A stretch of DNA of 63,785 nt, the filler included, from Hyphochytrium catenoides (taxonomy: Eukaryota > Protista > Hyphochytriomycota): the NCBI GenBank assembly GCA_900088475.1. It is 9 parts of 9 records of this genome, joined end to end, with 100 filler letters (N's around TTAATTAATTAA, not from the genome) between each part and the next. Parts side by side here need not be neighbours in the genome. Positions count along the whole stretch, not along the records: positions 14,869 to 40,349 come from FLMG01001475.1; 8 more parts are not named here. One strand, 5' to 3'. The notes beneath the pieces were generated by a model, which saw nothing but the letters and a program-made list of their open reading frames with translations, ran no database searches and was not told where the DNA came from. The position numbers and the translations under genes were made by a program. Shown piece after piece: positions 23,384-35,585 of this stretch. The stretch's first letter is position 1, and every line of letters begins with the position of its first letter.

Positions 23384-25285
23384 ATGACTCGCGGAGGAGT
23401 TTCCACCAAGGATCTTCCTGCTGCTGTACCCAAAGAAGAGCAGCAGCCTCGTGGTGGTGGCTGTCAGCAGTCATCATCATCATCCATTGTCATTTACACA
23501 TACATGGATGATATTGACAAACTGGAGTCTGAACATTTGGTTTGCTCCATCTGCCACGAACCCATGATAAACCCTGTGTTGATACCGCACTGTGGCCACC
23601 TATTTTGTAGACATTGTATTGTGGACTGGATAAGTAGGCACTCCACGTGTCCAATGTGCAACGGCGATGCAGGAACTGTGGATAGCTTGGCACAAGCACC
23701 AGCTTTCTTCTCCGACCGTCTCAACAATTTGCCGGTACTCTGTCCCAGCAGCGGTTGCAGCGTTGTCAGAAAAGAGCTTGAATCCCATCTGGTGTCGTGT
23801 CCTACGACTTGTAGGGAGAACTGTGGGCGTAGGATGGTCCCGGCTGAGTTGGAGCAGCATTACTTGGTAGACTGCCCAAACTCTACGGTAGTATGCCCGA
23901 TGGTTAAGTTGTCCTGCTCTTGGCGAGGACCAAGGAAACGTCTCGAGGAGCATCTTCCTAAATGTCAACATACGCCTCCGGAGGTTCTTGTTTGTTTCCG
24001 ACAGTTAGAGGAGCTGTCCTTACGGTTGATGCAGCACGAGGAAAACACGAAGTCTCTCCAGGCAAAGTATGAAGCTGACCTTCAAGCTTTGGATATCTTC
24101 TGGCGGGAGAAAAGTGAGCGTGACGCACTGGCTCTCCAGCAGTTGCAAGGACAGGTGGCACTGTGTACCTTGGATCGCAGTCACCTCACCGATGTCCAGA
24201 ATAGCGTTTCTCAGATCACGCGCTGGACTACAGGGCTGGACCTCCTTCCTCGCACAAAGCAATTTGTGGGCACAGTTGGCAGCCAGTTTATGGGATTTGA
24301 TTCTACATCTGTCTATTACCTGAGTACTTATACTTCACAAAGAACTTCCGTTTCGAAGCAAGCATGCGTCCTTAGACGTGCAACTTTCACGGATCCTGTT
24401 GGCGCAAAGGTCGAGATGGACTTTCAAATCGAAAAACTATGGTGTCATGGCGGGAAACTGATTCTCTGGGGTAGACCTTCCAGAGATACCTCTGAATACT
24501 GTTTGCGTCTCTTAGACCCGTCCACCTTGGATCGGATTGGGAATGACTTTCAGCCTTGGTCAGCAATAAGGGAAGGTCTGCAACCCCAAGTCCCTCTGGG
24601 AGCAGACGGTTTTCTGTTTTTGCACAGTGCTCAAAGTAATAGCATGAAGCAGAATCGCTTTTACTATTGGAACTATACGGAGGACAAGTGGGAAGAAGTA
24701 CCTTTTACTTGCCTCGGAGAGCCGAAGATTGGGGTACTGGGATCAACGTACGCGATTGCGGATGAGAGCGCCATCAGACTATGGCATGGTCATCCTCACG
24801 CCAGTTGTCCAACTCTGACCCTGCCGCAACAAGGGCGGTCTTCCACAACAAAGCTCTTGCGGAGCAAACTTTTTGTAGAGAAGGTTGAGAAACACACTTT
24901 TGTTCTCTATGTGTCTTGCTACCAGGATTCTCAAGCTGCAGAACCGACGTGGTGGGAGTTTATCAGGTGGAACGTGGACACTGATGAATCTCTAATGCAT
25001 CGCACAACAAAAACCTGCTGTGGGGGTCCCTGTGATTGGTGCTTCCCATCCTTTGACTTGAAGTACCTTTTTCACCTGGACGCCTTGAAGGTAACCCGAT
25101 ATGACCTTACGACAGCAAATCGTGATAGCGTCTCAGTGGGATCAGTACCTCCTGGTGGCAACTTTCAAGTGTCGTTATCGGAGGACATGAACCTAGTATG
25201 CTACCGCGGCGATTACAGCCTGAATGTCTTCTCTCTAGAGAGCCTTAGAAAGGATAGTGCTCAATTTTTTGAGTTCCAAGGATAA
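23384..25285 (+). CDS. RING (C3HC4) + TRAF-type zinc-finger E3-ligase-like protein with coiled coil and beta-rich C-terminal domain; intronless
   Basis: RING CSICHEPMINPVLIPHCGHLFCRHCIVDWISRHSTCPMC; three TRAF-like fingers (CPSSGC..HLVSC, CRENC..HYLVDC, CPMVKLSCSWRGPR..HLPKC); heptad-like helical segment; 633-aa open frame. Confidence 0.9.
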   Translation: MTRGGVSTKDLPAAVPKEEQQPRGGGCQQSSSSSIVIYTYMDDIDKLESEHLVCSICHEPMINPVLIPHCGHLFCRHCIVDWISRHSTCPMCNGDAGTVDSLAQAPAFFSDRLNNLPVLCPSSGCSVVRKELESHLVSCPTTCRENCGRRMVPAELEQHYLVDCPNSTVVCPMVKLSCSWRGPRKRLEEHLPKCQHTPPEVLVCFRQLEELSLRLMQHEENTKSLQAKYEADLQALDIFWREKSERDALALQQLQGQVALCTLDRSHLTDVQNSVSQITRWTTGLDLLPRTKQFVGTVGSQFMGFDSTSVYYLSTYTSQRTSVSKQACVLRRATFTDPVGAKVEMDFQIEKLWCHGGKLILWGRPSRDTSEYCLRLLDPSTLDRIGNDFQPWSAIREGLQPQVPLGADGFLFLHSAQSNSMKQNRFYYWNYTEDKWEEVPFTCLGEPKIGVLGSTYAIADESAIRLWHGHPHASCPTLTLPQQGRSSTTKLLRSKLFVEKVEKHTFVLYVSCYQDSQAAEPTWWEFIRWNVDTDESLMHRTTKTCCGGPCDWCFPSFDLKYLFHLDALKVTRYDLTTANRDSVSVGSVPPGGNFQVSLSEDMNLVCYRGDYSLNVFSLESLRKDSAQFFEFQG

Positions 25286-25629
25286 CGAACCTACCTATAT
25301 AGTGCTGAGTTTCCGACATATGGAAGCAAAGTTAGTACTACCATGGGCGTACACTGCATGTGTACCACGTCTCTTAAAAAACAGCTATGGATGTAGCCCA
25401 ACTTCAAAAGTCCTATCAAATGGACCGAGCGTCGAATAGCCCTCTGATTCCACTTTCTATTTTCTCGTCTGTAACGCTGTCGCACAGGCCCAGATTCTGA
25501 TGATGCTTTCTGATACCGAGCATTTATGTTAGAAGATACCTGCATAGTGCAGCAAGATGAAGTAGGCATAGAGATACGTGTCAGACCTTTCGTCTTCTGG
25601 GCAATAGTCAGCCCCTCCTTTCATTTGTT

Positions 25630-28335
25630 TCTAACTAGTATTTTTTATGCTCCAGCCCAATGTGAATGAGCTCGGGTGGTTCAGGTGCTGTCCAAGCCTC
25701 CTCTCCTCAGCGCCTCCTATGCACGGAGGACAGCTCCCATAGCCTTGTCCAGCACCTCGTCCACTATCTCCTCTTCTCTCCTTTCCATCCCTATAGATAC
25801 TGTCCTGTAGGCTGCGGTGGTATCGTGCCATCATCCCATCCCTTCTCTCGTGGCAGGCCCCACAAATGCCTGGCACCCCTCTGCCCTCCTAGTGCGATTG
25901 CCTCTTCTTCTACTTCTTTTTGTTCTCCTCCCCCTACTACTATACCCTCTCTGCCCCTGCCAACCTCTCTCTTTCTTCTGCTCTCCCCGCCCCCTCCCGC
26001 TCCCCTTGTCCCTGGCTCAGCTCCCCCTGGCATTAGATTGACCCCTCTCACTCTTTTCCTCGTCCTTCTATCTCACCTGCTACCCCCACTACTACCAGTA
26101 TCCTTCCCTCGAGTGCCCTTACCAGCTCATCATCAGCCCCGCTACTGCCTCTCCTCCCTCCTGACCTTGCTTGTCCTCTCGCTACTTGTGCTCATCGTCT
26201 CAGCCGATCAAACGTTTTCCAGCACCTGCAAAACCTTCACCGCTCTGAATGCTCCCATCCTGCCCTTCTCTCCTTCCTGTCTTAACAGGGCCGCGCCTAC
26301 CATTAGTCGGGCACTTCGCCCGCTTTCCCGGACCCAGGCCTGATCTCTCTCCCCTAGCAGCTTCTTCCAGCCCTACTACCGACCCCTCCTCGACCTCTGT
26401 TCCCTCGGCATCACCTCCCTGGTTCCTCCTCGCTCTGTCCTCCCTTCTCCATCCCCCTCTTCCTCTATTGCCCTCATCTGCGCCTCCCGCCCGGGGCACC
26501 TCTCCTTCCTCTTCCCCACCCGGCGCTCCTCTCTCTGGATCTTTCTTCTTTCTCCTTCCCTGATCTGTCCCTGCGGCCTGAGCCTCACCTTCCTTCTCTA
26601 CTGGACATCTGCCAGCTCCCATGCCGGTCCGTCCAAAAGCCCCCTTCGCTGGTCCTGAATGAGTGCGCCGTATCGTTTGGCTCACTCCTGAGACCCTGTG
26701 TCACTCCTCGAAACTGTTCCTCCACTTCTCGGTCTCTGCTCTTCCTCTTCCCCAAAGCTGTGCTCCGATGGTCCCGCCCTGTCCGCGGAGGTCACAAGCG
26801 TCGTCGGGCTAGGAATGCTAGTCTGTCGCTGGTGAATCCCCACCGCCTCTCTCGGTGGCAAGCTGGTGATTTCTGGGGTCTACGGGACGACGAGGCGTGT
26901 GCCGCCTGCCCCCTGCCGTCACCGCCCTCTTCCCAGCAAGACGTTCACAATCTGACCGCCTTAGGTGGAATCTCCTCATCTATCCAGGCAAACGTCCGAC
27001 GAGCGCCCAAGCTTGCCGACGAAGAAGGTTTGTTGACGAAGCTGTCGCGGCCCTGGTGTCCAATGGTATCGCTGCTCCCTCGGAGGAAACTCTCTCGTCT
27101 ATCCTTAGGGCCAAGCACCCCGAGGGTGCCGCCCTAGCTAGACGTGTCTCCCTCGTCGTTTTCTCCCTTCTTAGTTCCCCTGATGATGCTTTCTCTTCTT
27201 CCTTCTCTGCTTCTTATGTCACTGCTAAGCTCTCTTCTTTCCCTCCTCCTGGCTCAGCGGCTGGCGCCTCTCAATTACGACCGTAACCTTGGTCTTGCTA
27301 CTGCCTCTTCCATCGCCATCCCTGCTTATCTTGGCTCTCTTGGTGCCTCTGCCACCCTAGTTGCTCAGTTCTTCCGTTTGCCGGACGTCAAGGCTTAGTC
27401 GCCTCCACTGGTCGCCCAGCTTCTCGATGCCTTCTGTACCGCCAACGATGTGCACGATGTGAAGCTGCGTCAGACCTTTCCCTGGTCTTTTGGCCCAGGA
27501 ACATCTGCAACGGTACCTGTCCCGCTTTGTGTGGGTGTCGGCTTCCAATGTTCTCCTCTCTTCTTCTGGCCTAGACTTGCGCTCACAAGCTCGCTTGCGG
27601 GCTGCTTCCCTCCCACACGCAGGGGCTTTCCTTCGGGCTGCCCCTATTCCTTGGCTGCAATTGAACGTCTCTTCTCCGCTGGTGTTCCGAGTGATGCTGT
27701 GCCAATTTCTAGGTATCCCTCTCGTGCGCACTCCAGCCTCTTGCCTGTCTTGTGCCCGTCCAATAATGGATGCCTTCGGCGATCTTGGCACAGTCTGTCG
27801 TTGAGGCGGTGGCGCTCAATAACGTCACCGCCGCGTCCAGGACCTTCTCTTTCATGCCTTCGGGATTCTGGTCTCAAAGTCTCCCGCGAACATCACCACC
27901 TCGTTCCGCGCTCCTATCAGAAGCCCGGAGATTTTTTGGTTTGTGGAGCTTCAGCTTCCTTTCAGTACTCGGCCTTTGATTAACCTTCACGGATTCGCTG
28001 CAATCCATAACCCTTCCCTATGCAGCAGTCCATGCCGGCTATCAAGGCCATTTGTCTGTGAAAGCGAAGGTGAGGAAGTATGAGGGTCCCTGGCAGGCTG
28101 TGGGGCTACTGCTTGTGCCGCTAGTCTGAGAATCTTTTGGTGGTGCTACCTGGACTCTGTGCAAAAGCTGGTCAAGCTTCAGTGTGATCGTGCCGCCGCT
28201 CTTAAGACGTCGCGTCCTCTTGGTCATTGGTCCCCGTTGGCCTAGGTTCTGACTCGTCACACTAGAATCTCTTTCGCCATCCATGAAGAGAATGCGCTAC
28301 AGATTCTGAAGCTCAACCGTCGGACCCCGCCCTAG
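25630..28335 (+). mobile_element. Degenerate CRE-clade-like non-LTR retrotransposon (RLE type) with RT core deleted
   Basis: Frameshifted motifs in expected order: LFPKAVLR..P.RGG...RLSRWQAG; AVAALVSNGIAAPSEETLSSILRAKHP; SFPPPGSAAGASQLRP; LGL..A..AYLGS; QARLRAASLPHAGAFLRAAPIP...FRVMLCQFLGIP..CLSC....DAFGD...C (zinc knuckle); KPGD, KVRKYE, LVPLV*ESFGG (restriction-like endonuclease); RISFAIHEENA. Ends approximate. Confidence 0.82.
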
Positions 28336-29930
28336 CTTGCATTATTGACCGCGATGATGATGAGGTCTACGCGCCGCGCCCCTTTCTTCTTCTCCTTCTC
28401 CGTCTCCTATCCTATCGCCGAAGAGATCAACTATGATTCTTCTTCCTTTTCCGACATTGATGGTGAAGAAGGAGGGAGAACGCGTTGTAGAGTCCAGGGC
28501 TTTGTCGCTCTCGTCTCCTCTTCTTTTCTCTTCTTCTTCTTCTCCTTCTTCATTCACTTCCTCTTAGTTGATCAAGATATAGCCATAGACGAATATAACA
28601 CCAGGTAATAGTATAATTCACTATTAGAGACTATAATATATGAGAACAGGAGATAATGGGGAGAGAAGGGAGAGGAAAGACTTGTTTCCTACTCCGTAAC
28701 ACCTGGTACTACGTTAGATCTACTAATAGATTGCGAGTCAGAAGCGCGAGGAGACTCATAAGAGAAAAAGCATAGACGCGGAGGGAAAGAAAGAAGCAAA
28801 GCAGACATTCCGGGGAGAGACAAAACAGTTGTTACGCCCATCGTAGCGGTTCTTGATAGTCACCACCAGTCAGCGTAACCGGAAACGTACGAAGCCAACG
28901 AGTCTCTCTAAGAACCGCCAACGCCTCCGCCTGGACCACGTGCCAGAGTTTCTACATAGAACGACATGCCACTCTGGACACACTACTTTCTCTCAAGACA
29001 AGATTCCCTTTAGCAGCTTCTTCTCTCTTCCTATCCTTCTTTCATCAATTGTTGTCCAAATCCTCATTCCTCCTGTGAGACTCTTCTTCTACTGATAGTA
29101 GTCTGAAAGTCTTCCTCAATTCTTCATCGTCTAGCTTAAGAACTAGGACTTGGCACTGTTAGCCACCGCATGCAGCAGTAGTAATAGGCACAGCACGATA
29201 GCAAGTACTTTTACATTCTCCATCTCTCCTATCGATCGAGGAGCTCGCGCTCTTCCAGTTCGGCAGACACTCTGCTATTTCCCCTCAACCACAGAGGTTA
29301 TGGTAGGAGTCACTCACCATCGCTTATAATAGAAGCTCTCATTCAAAATTCCCAGCTTCATCAAAAGCGGTAGACTAATCTACAAGGCGCGCACAGAGAG
29401 GGTTGTGCCACTATCTCTTGCCCTGCTACAGTTATGCCCACTGCTAACATAATGCTCTACGTGTAGGTTGGGAGGGAATCCGGTGTGCCTGACCACTCCA
29501 GCTATGAAGAGTTGAAAGATCACACTACTATCCTGTGGCTAATGTACTTCATGGGCGAATATAGTAACAGCTCTTTTGAGAGGAGAAACAGCTTTCGCCA
29601 TTTTCGACATAACTCCTCGACGGCTGGGAGTTAGAAGGTGCCCTTGAAATATGTTGCCCCTGAACTATATGGCTAGCAGAACTCACGACGGTTTGTCCAT
29701 GGAGTGTCCTGGGAACAGACGCCACTTGCTCTTGCTTAGGTTGGGCAAAATAGTGGCGCAACCCTTTAGATTATCATTGTAGGAATCCAGTACTTACAAC
29801 CGTTTGCGTTCAGAACAGTCCCTCTGAGCGTAACACAGTAGAAGTGAGCCAAAAAGCACTAATGCTACTATGGTTATTCGGTACTAGTAACCTACTAGTT
29901 TCTACCTTATCACCTTATTACCTCCAAGAT

Positions 29931-31298
29931 CCGTAACGTTAAAGATGTTCCTGTCTCTCCCTTCACTGTCATGCCACTCATCTATCTTCCTCTGTCTTCT
30001 GGGTAACCTAAGAGCTATGCAGGCACTCGTATCTCCTTCTCCCACTGTCTTTTACCTTTCTGACCGCCTCTGGTCGAACCTTCTCTTCTCCTAATTCACT
30101 CATTCTCTTGCATGACGTTTCCTATAACAACTGATATCTCACCACTACTAGAACTACTACTATGGCGTTTTGCTCTACTACTGACCGACTTCTACTGTTT
30201 TGTCTCTCCCTGGGATGCCTGCTTTGTTTTTTCCTCTGTCTTTTGCTTTCTCTTATGAGGCTCCTCGCCCTTGCTGACTCGCAATCAACTAGTAGTTCTT
30301 CCGTAGTACCAGGAGTTACGGAGTCGGAGACTAGGGCCTTTCCTTCTCTCCTCTTCCCATTTTCTCTCCCTTGTTCTCACGCACTCTCTCTCGGTCTCTC
30401 TCTCCCTCTCCCTCTCTTTTTTTCTCTCGACTTTTCTCTTTCTCTCCGTCTTTCTGTTCTGTCTCTCTCTTTGTCAAACGTCTCGGACTAGGCCAAACGA
30501 GGACCCCATGCTAGCTACAAGTCGTAATGGCTGGGAAGGAGAGCAGCAGCTTCCTTAGAGCGACCCCCGACAGGCCAAAAGAGAGACACGGGCTGGTAGT
30601 GATGGGCTGGTAGATGATGGGAGAAAGGCTTGTCAGAGACGTTACCCAGCGTGTGGCCGTGGCTCCAAATATAGATCTGCAAAAATAACGGAAGGGGCGG
30701 CCAGTGGTGGTTAAGGGCATGGTGGTCTCACCCTGGCCCATCAGTAACGTCCTGCAGCCGGCCGCTGCTTCACTTGTTTGATGAATGAGTTCCATCTGCT
30801 ATCTCCAAGTGTGTACACCTCCAAGGGAGGGCATGATGAATGGTTGAGCAGAAGAAGGGATGGGTTTTTTGAACTTAGATAAGCCAAAGAGCCTGGCTCT
30901 CGTGTCCTTTTTGAACATTCGGAGTGATGTTCAGGACTTCTGGTACCTTCTTAACCATGGATGGAGCACGAAGTACGGTACAATCTCATGGTAGTCGTCG
31001 CCTTTACAGCCTGACGGGCTGCTCAAGGACGATGTACTGTGCCACAGCTGCGCCTTAGGTCGACTCATCACCAAATAGCTTCCTAGCTGTTCTTTCGTTG
31101 TTTGAGTGCCCGAGCTCCCTGCATATTCACTCAGTTCTCTGGTTTCTTACTCTTCTCGTCCTCTGTCTCCCTCCTGCCCTCTGTCTTCAATATGCCGTCT
31201 CTCTATTCTACCTGCTCCATACATTGCGCATCGCTAGCCTTCAGGCCGCCAAAATCTCTCTCTCTCTTCTCTGTCTCTCTCTCCTCTCTCTGTGTCTT

Positions 31299-31340
<42 letters not shown>

Positions 31341-33300
31341 CCCCCCTATGTTCCCGCATCTGCACTTCCTTTGACGACTAGCAGCGCCAAAAATAAGTCG
31401 GTCTAGATTGCAACTTTCCTCTTTGCTCCAACAGCTGCTGAAAACATTTCTAACCACTGGCGTGCTCAGCAAACATGAGCGCTAGCGGCAAGCTTTCGAC
31501 AAGGAAAGATGAATCGCTAAATGGCACGGGCGTGGCCCAGTTAAGCAAGGAGGACCAGCAATCGGATCCTAAGGCGTACAGCCCAGGCCGCGCTGATGTT
31601 TGGATGCTAGGTCTCACCATCGTCATCGGTGGACAGTACTTCAGTTGGAATGCAGGCCTGGCCGCGGGTGTCTATAGCTATCTCTTCTGCTACATCCTCA
31701 CGTCGGCTGGCTATATCATTCTTTGCTTCTGCACGGCCGAGCTCAGTGGCAATCTTCCTTTTGCTGGAGGCTCCTATGGTCTCTGCAGATGTACGCTAGG
31801 GTTCCTACCAGCCTTCCTGATTGGTGGCGCTGAAGCGCTAGAGTATATCGCCTACGTCGCAATTTCTGTCGTGTCGTTCATTCGCATGATAGTCATGGCT
31901 GCACCTAGTCTTGAAGGTTATGAGCCATTGCTCTGGCTGCTATTCTATCTCAGCGCCCTGCCTATCCACATCCTGGGCGGCAGGACCTTCTGGTACTTTA
32001 ACTGGATCATCGGCGTCCCATCTACGATTATCCTGTTGATCTACTGCTTCGGCTCGCTTCCCTATGTGGACTATGCTGTGAACTTGGCTGCTCACGGTAT
32101 CGGTGAGTTTGAGGGCGGCATGGATCGCTTTATGAAGATGCTGCCCATTGCTCCGTGGTTCTATGTTGGTGTCGAGGCGTTGCCCATGGTCTGCGATCAG
32201 GTTCGTCAGCCAAAGAAGGTTGTTCCGTTCGCGCAGGCTCTCTGTGTGTTGACTCTGTTTGTGACGGGCACCATGACGTACTTCATCACGGTCTCTTTGC
32301 CTCCACCTGAGGAGTTTGACGATGAAGGCAATAGGATCCGTATCTCTAGCGTCCTGCTTCCCTTCGACAACGGCTTCACGCGCATGTTTGACATGAGGAA
32401 GACCTACGCGACGATTCTTTCTCTACCTGCGACATACGCTACGGCTTTCGGGTTTATGTGGTGCTACGGCAAGCTGATCTTGGCTATGGCAAACTCACGG
32501 CTGCTGCCTCCCAAGCTGGGAGAGATGTCTAGGTTTAATACTCCTGCTCTTGGCATCACCGCTGGCACTCTTCTGAGCTATCTGATGTGCTTACTGGTTG
32601 CCTTCATCCCCGTGGTCGAGCAGTATCTCTTTAACATTTGTATCATGAGTGGCTTTGCCGCGTACATCGGTCGACTGGTCGGATACATTGCCATGAAGAA
32701 GAACTATTTCAAGTCAAACAACGCCAGCACGTTCCGTAACCCTTTTGGCATTCCTGGGGCGCTCGTCGGGCTTGTTATCTGGACCATGTCACTGGTGGGC
32801 TCGCTTGGCTTCCAAGGGCGTGCCTTCTACGACGCTCTAATCTTTTTCTTGGTCTTCATTGGAATGGTGGTTTACTACTATGCTTATGCAAGGACCCGCC
32901 AGACATTATCTGCAGAAGAGAACAAAGTGCTACTGGTTGCGCATGTGATGAGGTTCAATAAGAGTAACACGAAGAACAGGAGTTCCGACAAGAAGATACA
33001 TGCCTCCAACCACTCTCAGTCGACTCACAAGTCTAAAGGTTCTTCTAGCTAAGCCTTCGGTCAAGGTAAGTGCTCGAGGGACAATCAGGAGAAGGTAGTA
33101 CGATCCAAGCAAGGGAGGAGGAGGAGCAAGAGAGGAGGACATTGCAAAGAGTGAAGTGCAACGAGTGAAGAAGACAAGCTCTACAGGCGAAGAAGAAGCA
33201 TCATAGAACCGTCTTCGTTCTAGGCTTAGCTTTCTTTGATATTCTCTTTATAATACTAGATGATGAGTCACATCCCCCTCTTCTTCGGTCTCCATTCCGC
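29931..33300 (+). repeat. Segmental duplication copy B
   Basis: Colinear with 16725-20140, same orientation. Confidence 0.92.
31475..33052 (+). CDS. APC-superfamily amino-acid permease (ethanolamine-permease-like) copy 2, intact, intronless
   Basis: 525 aa, about 12 hydrophobic segments, TM1 motif LGLTIVIGGQYFSWNAGL, AELSGNLPFAGGSY, TM6 WFYVGVEA. Confidence 0.93.
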   Translation: MSASGKLSTRKDESLNGTGVAQLSKEDQQSDPKAYSPGRADVWMLGLTIVIGGQYFSWNAGLAAGVYSYLFCYILTSAGYIILCFCTAELSGNLPFAGGSYGLCRCTLGFLPAFLIGGAEALEYIAYVAISVVSFIRMIVMAAPSLEGYEPLLWLLFYLSALPIHILGGRTFWYFNWIIGVPSTIILLIYCFGSLPYVDYAVNLAAHGIGEFEGGMDRFMKMLPIAPWFYVGVEALPMVCDQVRQPKKVVPFAQALCVLTLFVTGTMTYFITVSLPPPEEFDDEGNRIRISSVLLPFDNGFTRMFDMRKTYATILSLPATYATAFGFMWCYGKLILAMANSRLLPPKLGEMSRFNTPALGITAGTLLSYLMCLLVAFIPVVEQYLFNICIMSGFAAYIGRLVGYIAMKKNYFKSNNASTFRNPFGIPGALVGLVIWTMSLVGSLGFQGRAFYDALIFFLVFIGMVVYYYAYARTRQTLSAEENKVLLVAHVMRFNKSNTKNRSSDKKIHASNHSQSTHKSKGSSS

Positions 33301-34971
33301 CGCTGTTATTAGGGTTCTCCACTTATTCTTCTTCTCCCTATCTTCCCGTCAATATCTCTATCTTCCTCATCTGCAGTAACTACGTAAGGGCATTCCCTTG
33401 GCATATCTATTTATCAAGAAGCTTAACATTATGGGCACTGTGCTAGCGTGATGGTGGTGCAGCTACTGATCATACAAACAGCTGCGTGTTCTGCCTGTTT
33501 TTTCTACTAGAGCGCGGCGTGCCTACAAATCCGCCAGACAGTGAGGCAAGATAAACTACCTTGTCTTGAAGGAGATGGTCTGTCCAATGAACAAGAGCTC
33601 TACCTCATCCCAATAACATTCACTGATAGATAGCCTTATTTCTAGTGCCTTATGGCATTGATTGTTGACTCTTCAACCTTTCGTGGCTTCCCAAGGTAGT
33701 AGGTAGTAGCCAAGCACAGCTAGTTCTATACGTCAGAGTCTTACTATTATGACCCTGGCCATGTACCATCATCATCACGATCAGGTAGATTATCCATCAT
33801 ACTACTTAAACAGCTATGGAGTCAGTCCAGAAGGCAGTAGTACTAGCCCTTCCTCCTCATCGATGATCGCCACACTACTCGTCCCACCCTCCGGACTCGA
33901 ATAAGGCCAAAGCGGCACCAGGCGCTCTGCTGGCCTGTTAGAGCAGAGCCGCCTTACTCTATCGACCTCCTCTTCCTGGAGATAACTGCATCTTCTCTTC
34001 CATTACTGAGTGACCTCACGGACGCCGCCCATGAAGCTCAAGGGACGCGGCGGCGGCCGACGGAGGACTGACGACGGGCGCGCGGCGGCGGCGCTGTTGA
34101 CCTTTCAGTCGATGTAACAGCTCTTTTTCGAGGTTATTACCCTTTTATAGACAGCAGGAATCATCATCAATAAACCTGCTAATAAAATGTCTAAAATTGT
34201 ACTGTCAATAGAGCCTATCCTCATTTGCTGCATTTTCTTTCTTATTGCTTCCTACAAACAGCTCCATTTTTTTTGCCACCGCCAACATAATTATAAATAT
34301 TTATGATAACACCATAAAAAGGAACACCATGAAAAAGGTAAGGCTTTTTGAACATGTATAAACCTCAATAATAAAATGAGAAAAAAATATTGCGCACTCT
34401 ATTTAGTACTCATAGTCTCATCGTAGTATGCCTTTTGCATAGTTTCTTTTATACGATTTATTACACTTAATGTATTTACCCTCAACTAATGGAAAATAAA
34501 GTACATCTAAAGTTCGTGAATCTAAGAACAAGGCACTTTGGTGCAAAGGCCACACAAAGAAATTTTAACTGGGTTTTTATTTTCTCTGTACTGTAGCTTT
34601 CTATAGTTCTAAAAGACCTCATTTCTTTTATCCATTTTCGACAAAACATGGTTGTGAAGGAATTATCACTTTCCGTGAGAGCTTTATCTCAGGGTGGACA
34701 GAGAGACCAGGCCGCCGATGCTCTGAAGTCTCTGTGAAGATTTCTGGCCCGATGATGGAAACTCAAAGTGCAGATTTGCTGCAGACTGCAGACTGCAGAC
34801 CACAGCGGAGAGAGTACTGACAGGACGCTGCAGAGCACATCGAGGAGTGCGCTCGAAGGACCCGCCACCTTGCAGTTCCTTCACGTTGGTCCACGACGCC
34901 GTAGACAGCGCATCACGAAAGGATTAGATAGGACTAGCACCTTTGAGGACGGGGAGAGCATTGCAGACAGA

Positions 34972-35585
34972 ATGGGCAAGCAGAGTAGACGCAAGGCTTC
35001 AGCATCTGCGGTGGAGAATAAAGCTGCTACCAATGGTTCTGACCAAGTAGCTGGTGGAGATGCTGTGGTAAAGGAGGAGGTCCGTGTGCTGAGCCGTTCA
35101 ATAGATAACATGGAGGTAAGCTGACCCAACTTAACCAGCGTGGGCGAGACGAATGGATTATCCTAATGGGCCTCTATGCTGAACAGAACGCTGTTATCAA
35201 CTCTTCTCTGATGTTCACTATGGGTGATGGTATGAACATCATGAAGCATCACAACCTTGGCACCTCTCTCTTCTGTGGCTTGTCACTAGCAACGACTTGG
35301 TGCACGCTGCTCTGGGCCAAGCAATGGGTCACTGCTCCAGCTCTATATTATGCAGCCGCACTCCAGGCAGTCCTCGTTATTGCCGTCTGGTTTGCTTACC
35401 ATTACTTTCTAGTAGATCAGGATGTCCTGCCGGCGGAGTATCGGCTATTTCCTGGCGCACCGCCACTGGGAGGAATGATGTTTTTCCTTGCAAACGTAGT
35501 TACGCTAGTTTACCTGAAACCTAAGCGGAAGCAACTAGAGGAGGCTAGGCTCAAGGTCGGACAGGACAACGACAAGAGCAAATAG
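34972..35585 (+). CDS. Small two-exon membrane protein of unknown function (~3 TM)
   Basis: Exon 1 MGKQSRRKASAS...VKEE; in-phase donor at 35080 or 35116; branch-like GCTGAC; acceptor CAG at 35138; exon 2 RGRDEWIILMGLY... runs into ORF 35166-35585 with three hydrophobic stretches and a Lys-rich tail. Confidence 0.65.

Noticed and set aside
29460-29500. LGGNPVC as an LRR-cap gene fragment
   Set aside because: Seven-residue resemblance only, with no supporting LRR repeats or open frame.
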